A program made the position numbers and the translations under genes. Below the pieces are notes generated by a model. That model did no database searches. It worked only from the letters and a program-made list of their open reading frames with translations, and had not been told where the DNA came from. Positions 29,701 to 36,077 of a DNA stretch of 64,000 bases are shown piece by piece. Origin of the DNA: Patescibacteria group bacterium (lineage in GTDB: Bacteria > Patescibacteriota > UBA1384 > XYA2-FULL-43-10 > 1-14-0-10-43-13); NCBI GenBank assembly GCA_041666325.1, contig JBAYHC010000001.1:265708-329707 (forward strand), given 5' to 3'. Positions within the stretch are counted from its first letter, which is position 1; every line of letters starts with the position of its first letter.

Positions 29701-30893
29701 GAGCCTACCCCATCACCGCCGATTTTTGTCCAGGAACTACCATCATAACTCCAAACTTCGGCATCTCCAGCATAGGCAGAATATATTGAAGCACAAAGAG
29801 TATTGGCATAAACAACGAGATCCCTTACTAAATAATAGCTGTTAGAGGCCGAGCTCCAACTACTGTTTTGACCATCACCACCGATTTTGGTCCAGGATGT
29901 GCCATCATACTTCCACACCTCACCGTCATAAGAGCTGCTCCCCAAACCTGAATAAAGCTCATTATTATATACTGCGAGGCCATAAACCCCTTCATAATCA
30001 GCCCCATTCCAGGAGCTGCGGACACCATCTCCGCCAATTTTTGTCCAGGATGACCCACTCCCGCTATATTTCCAGACTTCACCTGCACCAGCAGCACCGA
30101 CCAATCCAGCATAGAGCTCGTTGTTCCAGACGACTGTTGAGCTTACATAGTTTGTGCCGTGATCAGACCAATCACCATTCCCCACCCCCTCAGCAAGCTT
30201 ACTCCAGCTTTTGGCCGTATTGGGGGTTAAATCAAATTTTAACTTACCATCTGTATCGTCAAAATATAGCTTATAGTTGCCCTTATCAAAGACGCTAGCA
30301 GGAACACTTTGGGTACTGTCAAAGGCACTATTAAACTTAACATAGGCTTCGAGTGTCATAGCACCAGAGAGAGACGTGGTGCTTGAGTCAGCTACCGTAG
30401 CAACACTGCCCAAGCCACTGCCAGTAAATGATGTTCCGTTACCAGCCTTTCCTGAAGCAAAGCTGGCGCCGCTGCCGAGAGTAGCAGTGTTACTATTACC
30501 AGATGAATCAGTTGCGCTTGTCCCCTCCGTCTCGTCAAAGTGCCAAAGCGCGTTAGTGTTGTCATCGTCGCTTAGCTGCTGCAATTTATGGCGGGCTGAA
30601 TTGGACACAATCTCAAGATTGGAGCTGTTATAGGTGTAGTCAGACGAATTGCCAAATGTCCAAGTATTGGCAGCTGCATAAGCGTTTGTACTGCCACCAA
30701 AAAACGACTGGAACAAAATAGAAGTTATCAAGAGGACATAAATTGCCAGTGCCCCAAAATGAACCCTTTGGTGGTGTGGATTATGATGCCAATTATGATA
30801 GAGGGTTGATTTAGATAGCAAAAAATCATGCGCTTTGCTTAAGTGTCTGATCCTAGTCTTAGAACAGTTTGTATGCAAACACTTCCCCAACAT
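23772..30893 (-). CDS. Giant (2373 aa) cell-surface protein. Order: N-terminal signal anchor; LamG/concanavalin-like domain; ~30 tandem ~50-aa Kelch/tectonin-like beta-propeller repeats (consensus AEVW.YDGS.W.KIGGDG.NSSW...YE.V.S....LYAGLG.S.GD); second LamG_3-like domain; several Fn3/PKD-like domains
   Basis: Single uninterrupted ORF; repeats visible at protein and DNA level; start site uncertain (GGAGGG immediately abuts ATG 30893). Confidence 0.8.
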   Translation of the reverse strand: MLGKCLHTNCSKTRIRHLSKAHDFLLSKSTLYHNWHHNPHHQRVHFGALAIYVLLITSILFQSFFGGSTNAYAAANTWTFGNSSDYTYNSSNLEIVSNSARHKLQQLSDDDNTNALWHFDETEGTSATDSSGNSNTATLGSGASFASGKAGNGTSFTGSGLGSVATVADSSTTSLSGAMTLEAYVKFNSAFDSTQSVPASVFDKGNYKLYFDDTDGKLKFDLTPNTAKSWSKLAEGVGNGDWSDHGTNYVSSTVVWNNELYAGLVGAAGAGEVWKYSGSGSSWTKIGGDGVRSSWNGADYEGVYGLAVYNNELYSGLGSSSYDGEVWKYDGTSWTKIGGDGQNSSWSSASNSYYLVRDLVVYANTLCASIYSAYAGDAEVWSYDGSSWTKIGGDGVGSSWATSYESVWSLATNGSTTLYAGLGASAGDAEVWGYDGTTWTKIGGDAANSSWADATYEQITSLAYIGTTLYAGLSTSGNDAEVWIYDGTTWTKIGGDSINSGWTTNYESVYAITALGSSVVVGLGDSSGDAEVWSWSGSAWTKIGGDNTNSGWTGIENRVYSMSVIGTDLYAGLGGDVNEGTVWKWNGSSWAAIGGRDTNSWFAPQLVEIDAITVGNGKLYAGSGIWGNGSASKQASVWQYDGTSWSMIGGGGINGGWDETIDAISSLQEMGGALYVGTSGTAGQDAEVWSWNGSAWTKVGGDGANSSWNAGTYGNVKTLANFQGSLYAGVGGISSGDGEVWSWNGSAWTKVGGDGANSSWNTTLYVVNAVTDNQFLYVALYGSGGTSYTDAEVWRYNGSAWEMIGGRSAYKSWGPGYESDVMSSANYNNKQYFGLHGTSPGDAVVYEYDGSTGAWTPIGGNGTNSSWAGATYESVYSLYADATYLYAGLGQTSGDAEVWRYNGTSWAKIGGDGLNSGWSTGYEYVISMVGDGTNLYAGLGTGSGDGEVWSWSGSAWTKIGGDNTNSGWNSGYDSVSSMNYFGGNLYAGLGTSSGEAEVWKWSGSTWSKIGGDTVNSSWADSTYETVFSMTSDATYLYAGLGDGAGDAEVWRYNGSTWSKIGGDTVNSSWADTTYERARSLASDGTNLYAGLGYSTGEAELWKWDGSTWSKIGGDTVNSSWADATYEIIDTILVSGSNVLVGLGSAYTTDPEVWKWNGSTWTKLGGDGLNDTWSDGPHEGVASLAINQGVLYAGLGWGSAGEAEVWSWNGSAWAKIGGDGLNNSWNTDYEKVSSLVSYNGELYAGLGSSAGDAEIWKYDGSSWTKVGGDTVGVSWVTGNYEDVQSMTVYNGKLIAGLGTGAGDGEIWSYGDNKIAASSRSSWDAGWYHIAATYDGATAKIYVDGLEDSATAFGSVTLADSAYSLYIGGAQGTTGAGLTLGKLAGMIDEVRISNTARTSFTTSPYTNSAQTIQPTSAVDDSDVGAWSGFVAEETLNGGTITYRLSDDNGTSWKYWNSSAWVASNSLANANSEADIHANIATFSVSNVGLLWQAILTGSGSQQVVLSSVEVQYTADTTNPTNPASLTAINADGGSTELTSGNWYNYAAPKFTWGDGSDAGSGIEGYWVYFGTSDSADPRTTRGIATEVGGTGIHFQSGTAIIIGTDTAAIANGTTYYLRVLAKDRAENYPESAYAAFTYKYDAAAPTPPSIVSASPSGFTTSTTFTFLWPNGGSSAATDPGAPTTGSSIAGYQYKTGASSGSYSNWSSTTTETQVALSGAAYQSGVNTFYLRVVDNAGNTSSEASVSYYYAGEGASAPTAVSALPASSEGAPLLANDVSFQWAIPQTYSGSIKRYRYSINALPTATNTTVTTATSLATDAYATQQGKNTFYVVAEDETEQINYNLYGSVDFYVSTTAPGIPTSILLTDSSSRATSEYRLTLTWSAPSSGGDVSQYIVHRSTDGTSFSSVGSVASTGYIDSDLSSETTYYYKIYAKDSAGAVSADPGAGGIVSKQPTGKYTAPPTIDADSVEAVAGATSAEITWTTDRKSDAFVEYGTTTSYGLSLGAREEKTDHSVKITGLAPGTLYHFKTQSLDPGDLRDYSQSLGYSADYTFTTTAAPALANVIFSDTSTNSTILSFDTNKASSSTIEYGATTDYGQTIKDDSGGGTTKHVVRMSDLQDGTTYQVKVTIRDADNNEVVSPGHAFTTIAQPRISDLRFETANEEALTSIKVGWKTNVPASSAVTYVSDKAEKKESATSQFVTDHEIVIRGLVDQQTYQLQAISRDQFGNQATSDVNTFKTPLDSRPPKINNMTTEVKASGISDAQKAQIIVTWETDEPATSQIEYGPGISGKDYPNKTKEDMAYSTSHVVIVSELDPSKIYHLRAVSHDNAGNLGASEDTTTITGKVQKSVIDIILNSLQRSLGWIFGAFGTKLQ
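27531..27910. repeat. Three intragenic copies of a 56-nt identical DNA segment (atccgcccagctagaattgacggtgtcgccgccaattttgctccaagtcgagccg) at ~145-160 bp spacing; a second pair (ccacgatgaatttgctccatcgccgccaactttggtccaagccgagccgttccaggaccagacttc) at 28615 and 28775
   Basis: Exact string identity seen in sequence; reflects recent homogenisation between propeller blades. Confidence 0.7.
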
Positions 30894-30938
30894 CCCTCCA
30901 TAGAATCAAAAAACGATCCGCACAAATTGCTATCTACT

Positions 30939-30947
30939 ATTCTACCA
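30939..30947 (-). promoter_or_regulatory. Extended -10 (TGgTAGAAT) upstream of the giant gene
   Basis: Minus-strand reading tTGgTAGAAT ~45 nt upstream of ATG. Confidence 0.3.
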
Positions 30948-31056
30948 AAACTTTCAGAAAACACAAAGGTTGGATCTCGATGAATAAGCGCCGGAAAAAA
31001 ATTCCATCCCCACCGTCTCTTGCTTCCCCTCTACTCTATCTTCTAGCGGCAAATAG

Positions 31057-31875
31057 TTAATCAAAAACCAGAAATGCCTTTTGGCCATTGTTGATATTCT
31101 GTGGATCCCAATCATGAATGGCGTCAAAGAGATCTTCATACTTATAGAGATAGCCCTCACCGTTTTTCGTGCCGGGATCGTTTGTAATAAATTCATCTTC
31201 ATCGTAACCAACTATCACCAACATGTGATATTTGGGGCCGCCGTTACGAAAATTAGGGTTAGGAAGCGCTTTGCCTGATGCAGGGATAATTACAGGTCGG
31301 CCGGCGGCAATTTCTTTCTTCAAATCATCGACCGTAAAGTCATATACGATACGGCTACCGCTGATTGAGAAGTAATCATCAGCGGCTATTGATAGTTCTC
31401 GCAACGTGATTGATCCACCGTAACCGGCTCGCTCTTCGTAAGCGACCATTTTCTTGATCTCTTCGTCACCATCAGCACGAGATATTGTCGATTTGTTATC
31501 TAAAAAATGCCTCACCATAATCAAACTCGCCTCCTCGCATGCATCTTCGTGTAGAGCATCCCAATTGGCAGATGGAGCCTGAGACAAAAACGGCACTTTA
31601 ATGAGCCAGGTCATGGGCAATGCAGCATTCGAGAAGCTCTCTGCGACCTTCTTCTCGTCTGGATCAAGCGCATCTCCTTTATCCGAGATACTGGGTACCA
31701 TCTCAGCGCTCTCCTGTAGCTCAGATGTCTCAGCTGATTGATTTTGTTCCTCTTCCAGAGTCGAGATCTTCTCGGTCTCCCTTCCTTCCAAGAAGATAAT
31801 TACGCCTGTTGCCAAAATAATAGCGGTTACGATTGCAAACATAATCCTGCGCCATTTTGGGAGTTGTTTTGCCAT
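31057..31875 (-). CDS. Membrane-anchored C39-like (C39_2 family) cysteine peptidase domain protein
   Basis: N-terminal TM, VPFLSQAPSANWDALHEDACEEASLIMV catalytic-Cys motif, later HMLVIVGYDEDEFITNDPG His region. Confidence 0.7.
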   Translation of the reverse strand: MAKQLPKWRRIMFAIVTAIILATGVIIFLEGRETEKISTLEEEQNQSAETSELQESAEMVPSISDKGDALDPDEKKVAESFSNAALPMTWLIKVPFLSQAPSANWDALHEDACEEASLIMVRHFLDNKSTISRADGDEEIKKMVAYEERAGYGGSITLRELSIAADDYFSISGSRIVYDFTVDDLKKEIAAGRPVIIPASGKALPNPNFRNGGPKYHMLVIVGYDEDEFITNDPGTKNGEGYLYKYEDLFDAIHDWDPQNINNGQKAFLVFD

Positions 31876-31886
31876 ATCCTTGTTGA

Positions 31887-32744
31887 TTATTTAGATTGAT
31901 TTAATAGCAAGCCTACCCTCTCCTCCCGGACTCCTCGACCCAACTTAAATAGAAGTACACCGGCGAGCAAAGTCAACACTGTCTCAGCAATTAAGAGAAT
32001 CTTTAGCTCTTCAAATATTATATGGATTATCTTATCAAGACCGATCAGCAGCTTCTGATCAGTAATACCCCAAACTCCAATTTTGCTTGAGAGAAAATTT
32101 GGCAATACAAGATAGACAAACAGCGTGAGGCCCAGGAGAATCAAACCGACAAAAAATATATCGATCCCCACCCACGAGAAGCGCTTGGAAGCAGTCTTTC
32201 CGGAGAGCAAGAACAGTGATAATGTCGACAAAACTACAATCAAGAATTCAATGATAATTAGCAAATTAATATTTGATAATAACCTAATAACCAGACCGTT
32301 TCCCAATACTGTTTTCTTCTCCCCACCAAAAACACCGTCGTAGCCAACCTCCGCCAATGACAACCCTGTCTTGCTGTTAAATTTTTCTTGAACAGTACTA
32401 TTAATAGAAGTGAAAGAGATCATAATAGACGAGTCAGCACTAGGGTTGTCAATAACCTGGAAAAACTGATCTATCGCCCCCTCTGACAACTGCCGGATCA
32501 CGTCAGGGGTAATTGACTCTGATAAAACTTCAACAAACACACCATCTCCAGCTTTCATGTCAACTTCCTTGGAGAAGGTCTCTCTCATGCTGGCAGCTGT
32601 GAATTCGTAGGCATTACTCTTAAGTGCTATTCCCTTCAGTTTTTGGGGAGAAAGAAATGAAGCCTTCAGGTCTAGGGCTAGAATTAGTATCAGAGAATTA
32701 AAAAGGAGAAGAAAGAAAAATAGGGCGGCAAAAATTTTTCGCAT
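31887..32744 (-). CDS. Integral membrane protein, unknown function
   Basis: N- and C-terminal TM segments flanking a soluble domain; 11-nt gap to downstream gene. Confidence 0.55.
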   Translation of the reverse strand: MRKIFAALFFFLLLFNSLILILALDLKASFLSPQKLKGIALKSNAYEFTAASMRETFSKEVDMKAGDGVFVEVLSESITPDVIRQLSEGAIDQFFQVIDNPSADSSIMISFTSINSTVQEKFNSKTGLSLAEVGYDGVFGGEKKTVLGNGLVIRLLSNINLLIIIEFLIVVLSTLSLFLLSGKTASKRFSWVGIDIFFVGLILLGLTLFVYLVLPNFLSSKIGVWGITDQKLLIGLDKIIHIIFEELKILLIAETVLTLLAGVLLFKLGRGVREERVGLLLNQSK

Positions 32745-32745
32745 A

Positions 32746-32898
32746 CTAGCCTTTCTTAGCCCGTCGGAAAATTATGGAGGCTCCCAAGACGATAAACAGA
32801 ACTGGCCAGATAACATCCCACGAGTCAGCCGGCAATAGTCCGAGATTTTGAAGCAGAAGAACAACTCCCACGAGCAATAAAGTAATACCAAACCACAT
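32746..32898 (-). CDS. Small (50 aa) two-TM membrane protein not in the ORF track: MWFGITLLLVGVVLLLQNLGLLPADSWDVIWPVLFIVLGASIIFRRAKKG
   Basis: AGGAGCGGAT RBS 6 nt before ATG 32898; stop 1 nt before next gene start (translational coupling). Confidence 0.45.
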   Translation of the reverse strand: MWFGITLLLVGVVLLLQNLGLLPADSWDVIWPVLFIVLGASIIFRRAKKG

Positions 32899-32925
32899 AT
32901 CCGCTCCTATTTTAATTACATGCAC

Positions 32926-32954
32926 ATTCTAACAAAAATTACTCACATGCACAA
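32926..32954 (-). promoter_or_regulatory. Operon promoter TTGTGC-17-TAGAAT with TG extension
   Basis: Minus-strand reading tttTTGTGCatgtgagtaatttttgtTAGAATg. Confidence 0.5.
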
Positions 32955-33023
32955 AAAAACACACAAACAAAAATAGGGACTCCTGAACTCCGGCCGGATG
33001 CCGTTATTCAAGAATCCCAATGA

Positions 33024-33557
33024 CTAAGCCGCTGACCCTGCCACAAGAGGACAGGAAATTGCGGCCGGAATCGCCTCTGCTTGGTGCACGTCCCGTGCAT
33101 CCCTAGGAATGACGAATGCCAGACTACCTTCTGCCAGACGCCAGTGCCTCCAACAGAGAAGAACCTTTGCGAGAAACACTCCGCGATGGTTTTCCTCGTT
33201 TGTCGACGCCAGCTCGAGTGCTTTATCAGCAGCCTGATAGACCTGCAAGACAGCTGAGTGGAACCTATCCTCGCTATATCCATCCGATCGGACCGAGACA
33301 AATAGGTTGCCCCTCCACACTGTCATGGCCACGGTAACGATATAGTCGCCGTTGTGCCTGAAACAGTTGGCGACAATCTCGCTAAGACCGAGAACGATGT
33401 CCCCGATCCTCTCCTCTTCCCAGTGGCGGGACAGGAGGAGTGCCCTGATTGCTTGACGCATGCGACCCAAGTCGCCCGCGCCTGATAGCACTACCTTCTT
33501 CACCTCATACCCCCCTCTGTGAACCGAGCACAGCCACAACGAATAGCAGTAGATCAT
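33024..33557 (-). CDS. GHKL/HATPase_c-like ATP-binding protein resembling RsbW/SpoIIAB anti-sigma factor kinases; GC-rich (about 57%) orphan
   Basis: GDIVLGLSEIVANCFRHNGDYIVTVAMTVWRGNLFVSVRSDG resembles HATPase_c_2 N/G1 boxes; no STAS/sigma partner nearby; start codon uncertain. Confidence 0.45.
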   Translation of the reverse strand: MIYCYSLWLCSVHRGGYEVKKVVLSGAGDLGRMRQAIRALLLSRHWEEERIGDIVLGLSEIVANCFRHNGDYIVTVAMTVWRGNLFVSVRSDGYSEDRFHSAVLQVYQAADKALELASTNEENHRGVFLAKVLLCWRHWRLAEGSLAFVIPRDARDVHQAEAIPAAISCPLVAGSAA

Positions 33558-33634
33558 TTCTCTTGATTGTTAATCTATCAAGAAAGTTATTGTAAGTAAA
33601 TGCACCCTGGCGCGGTCCAGAATAACATATGAGA

Positions 33635-33663
33635 TTGAAAAATAGCCTCAAGTATAGTAGAAT
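33635..33663 (+). promoter_or_regulatory. Promoter TTGAAA-17-TAGAAT for tRNA Gln-Gly-Thr cluster
   Basis: Read directly. Confidence 0.5.
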
Positions 33664-33684
33664 CACAAAAGATGCCTAACCCTC

Positions 33685-33758
33685 TCCGAGATCGTCTAAT
33701 GGCAGGACAGCGGCCTTTGAAGCCGTGAATCTTGGTTCGAATCCAAGTCTCGGAACCA
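33685..33758 (+). tRNA. tRNA-Gln (anticodon TTG)
   Basis: U1-A72 acceptor TCCGAGA/TCTCGGA, anticodon loop CTTTGAA, T arm CTTGG-TTCGAAT-CCAAG. Confidence 0.8.
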
Positions 33759-33909
33759 ATTGGATAGGTTCATCCCCAGGCCAGGCCGTCAGATCAGTAA
33801 AATTTCTTAACTCCTTGCGGTTTTGAATTCAGACAACTTCGCAAGATGGTACCAACAGTTAGCGCATCTCCTTAACGCAGACAAGAATAACCGGGTAGCG
33901 CCCTCTCTG

Positions 33910-33983
33910 GCAAGATTAGTTTAGTGGTAAAATGCGTCCTTCCCAAGGATGAGTCGCCGGTCCGATTCCGGTATCTTGCTCCA
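33910..33983 (+). tRNA. tRNA-Gly (anticodon CCC)
   Basis: GCAAGAT/ATCTTGC acceptor, anticodon loop TTCCCAA, T arm GCCGG-TCCGATT-CCGGT. Confidence 0.8.
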
Positions 33984-33984
33984 A

Positions 33985-34060
33985 GCCGATATAGCTCAGT
34001 TGGTAGAGCAGCACTTTCGTAAAGTGAAGGTCGCCAGTTCAAATCTGGCTATCGGCTCCA
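33985..34060 (+). tRNA. tRNA-Thr (anticodon CGT)
   Basis: GCCGATA/TATCGGC acceptor, anticodon loop TTCGTAA, T arm GCCAG-TTCAAAT-CTGGC. Confidence 0.85.
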
Positions 34061-34179
34061 TAGATTTCGGCAACACAACCCCTCGCTCTGGTTAACGAAT
34101 ACCGCTAAAAGGTGTATCGTATTATTAATACAAGTGCTGCTCGGGCCATAAAACTAATTTATCAAAATATTTTAGAACT

Positions 34180-34512
34180 ATGAGAAGAAATTACGATACT
34201 GCCCTCTTGATTATCAACAAGTTTCTTTCTGACAAAGAAGATGTCTATCTTTTTTTGGCATCCATACTCCTAACAGCATTCGACCTTGTTCTCTGGAAAA
34301 TGTATCAGTTTAGCGAGACCACAGCATTCTTGTGGCGTTTGTCGCTATCTCCGATTTACTTCTTGCTGATCACAATAGGAATCAACATTGTTCTCTCACT
34401 CTTTGCTAGCGACAAAGATGAAAATATCAGCCACTTGCTTCTTGCGGCAAATATTTTTATCGCTACCCTAATACTAATTTTAGAAATCTTCTATTCTGCC
34501 ACATTACAATAA
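34180..34512 (+). CDS. Small integral membrane protein (3-4 TM), unknown
   Basis: Hydrophobicity only. Confidence 0.45.
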   Translation: MRRNYDTALLIINKFLSDKEDVYLFLASILLTAFDLVLWKMYQFSETTAFLWRLSLSPIYFLLITIGINIVLSLFASDKDENISHLLLAANIFIATLILILEIFYSATLQ

Positions 34513-34519
34513 GGCAACT

Positions 34520-36028
34520 ATGAGCACATGGAAATACAAACGACTGTTTGAAATATTACCCGGAGCTTGCTCTTGGACAATAATCCTCTTGCCAATTATT
34601 CTTTCTTTTGTGGCACCAAAGGTTCTAGCAACCTACATGATTTTTTTCCTGAGCTACTGGCTCGTAAAGACCTTCTTCATGTCGTACCGCCTGATAGTCG
34701 GATATAAAAATTATCGCCATGACCAAATAGTTGATTGGCGCAAGAAACTGGATAATCTTGCCCCGCAGAAGTCATGGCAAGACATCTATCACCTTGTCGT
34801 TGTCCCGACATATAAAGAAGACATCTCTATTCTTGAGTCCTCTCTTGAATCAGTTGTTAATTCAGACTTCCCTAGCGAAAAGGTAATTTACGTTCTTGCA
34901 ACAGAGGAAAGAGACAAAGAACGAGCAGAGGCAAACAGTTCTATCCTGAAGAAAAAATATCAGGACAAGCTGGCTGATTTTATTTCAATAATGCATCCCA
35001 AAGATTTACCGGAAGAGGTTATCGGCAAGGGACCCAATATTACATATGCTGGCCAACATATGATCTCATACTTCCAGGAGAAGGGCATACCCTTTGAAAA
35101 TGTTATTGTCACCAATATGGATGCGGACAATCTCATGGACAAAAAATATTTATCATGTTTGACCTACTGCTATCTCACAGATCCAGATCCAGTTTACAAG
35201 AGCTTCCAGCCGTTACCGATGTACTTCAATAATATCTGGGACGTGCCTATGCCCATGAGGCTTATCGCCATGGGTTCATCATTCTGGCAAATGATTGTTG
35301 CCACTAGACCTTCACGGTTGCGCAACTTCTCTGCTCACGCCCAAAGCTTGGAGGCACTCATAAAAGTTGACTTCTGGTCCAAGACAACAATAGTTGAAGA
35401 TGGACACCAATTTTGGCGCACATATTTCAGCTTCGACGGCAGACATGAAGTCGTTCCCATGTATGTTCCGATTTATCAAGATGCAGTTTTGGCCGGCAGC
35501 CTTTGGGACACAATGAAAGAACAATACCTACAGAAGAAACGTTGGGCTTGGGGCGCCTCGGACATCCCATTCGTCATGGAACACACCATTGGCAACAAAA
35601 ATATTCCATTCATTGATCGCTGGGCAAATGCACTCATTTTACTTGAGGCTCACATTACCTGGGCAACAACATCGATCGTTCTGGCAACCTCCTCGTGGTT
35701 ACCTCTCGTGCTTAACCCCGAATTTCGCAACACCGTACTAGCCTTCAACTTTCCAATCATATACGCCAGACTTCTAACCATAGCATGGGTCGGAATGATC
35801 ACAACGCTCATAATTTCCTCTCTGCTAGTTCCTCCGCACCAAGGCAAAAAACCATCCAGGCGAATTTTCTTTGACTGGATATTGACGCCGCTAGTTCTGC
35901 CAATCAGCAACATTATCTTTTCCTCTCTTCCTGCTCTCGAATCACAAACAAGGTTGATGCTCGGAAAATACCTTGGCTATCGAGTTACGGTCAAATCAAC
36001 AAAGCGCTCATTCGCATCAGACCAATAA
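34520..36028 (+). CDS. Membrane-embedded processive family-2 glycosyltransferase (cellulose/chitin/hyaluronan-synthase-like)
   Basis: TNMDADN (DxD), QKKRWAWG (QxxRW) motifs, N- and C-terminal TM bundles. Confidence 0.8.
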   Translation: MSTWKYKRLFEILPGACSWTIILLPIILSFVAPKVLATYMIFFLSYWLVKTFFMSYRLIVGYKNYRHDQIVDWRKKLDNLAPQKSWQDIYHLVVVPTYKEDISILESSLESVVNSDFPSEKVIYVLATEERDKERAEANSSILKKKYQDKLADFISIMHPKDLPEEVIGKGPNITYAGQHMISYFQEKGIPFENVIVTNMDADNLMDKKYLSCLTYCYLTDPDPVYKSFQPLPMYFNNIWDVPMPMRLIAMGSSFWQMIVATRPSRLRNFSAHAQSLEALIKVDFWSKTTIVEDGHQFWRTYFSFDGRHEVVPMYVPIYQDAVLAGSLWDTMKEQYLQKKRWAWGASDIPFVMEHTIGNKNIPFIDRWANALILLEAHITWATTSIVLATSSWLPLVLNPEFRNTVLAFNFPIIYARLLTIAWVGMITTLIISSLLVPPHQGKKPSRRIFFDWILTPLVLPISNIIFSSLPALESQTRLMLGKYLGYRVTVKSTKRSFASDQ

Positions 36029-36077
36029 GAGTAACTGCGTGCGCACTACGACGTCTCCTAATATTTAGAATATATCT

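Noticed and set aside
24485-30633. Numerous 60-160-aa ORFs inside the giant gene on both strands
   Set aside because: Embedded in a single 7.1-kb repetitive coding region; their translations are Pro/Arg/Leu-rich or mirror-images of the repeat; no RBS.
33760-33909. Possible additional tRNA between tRNA-Gln and tRNA-Gly (GGTTCATCC T-loop-like string)
   Set aside because: No acceptor/anticodon stems can be folded around it.
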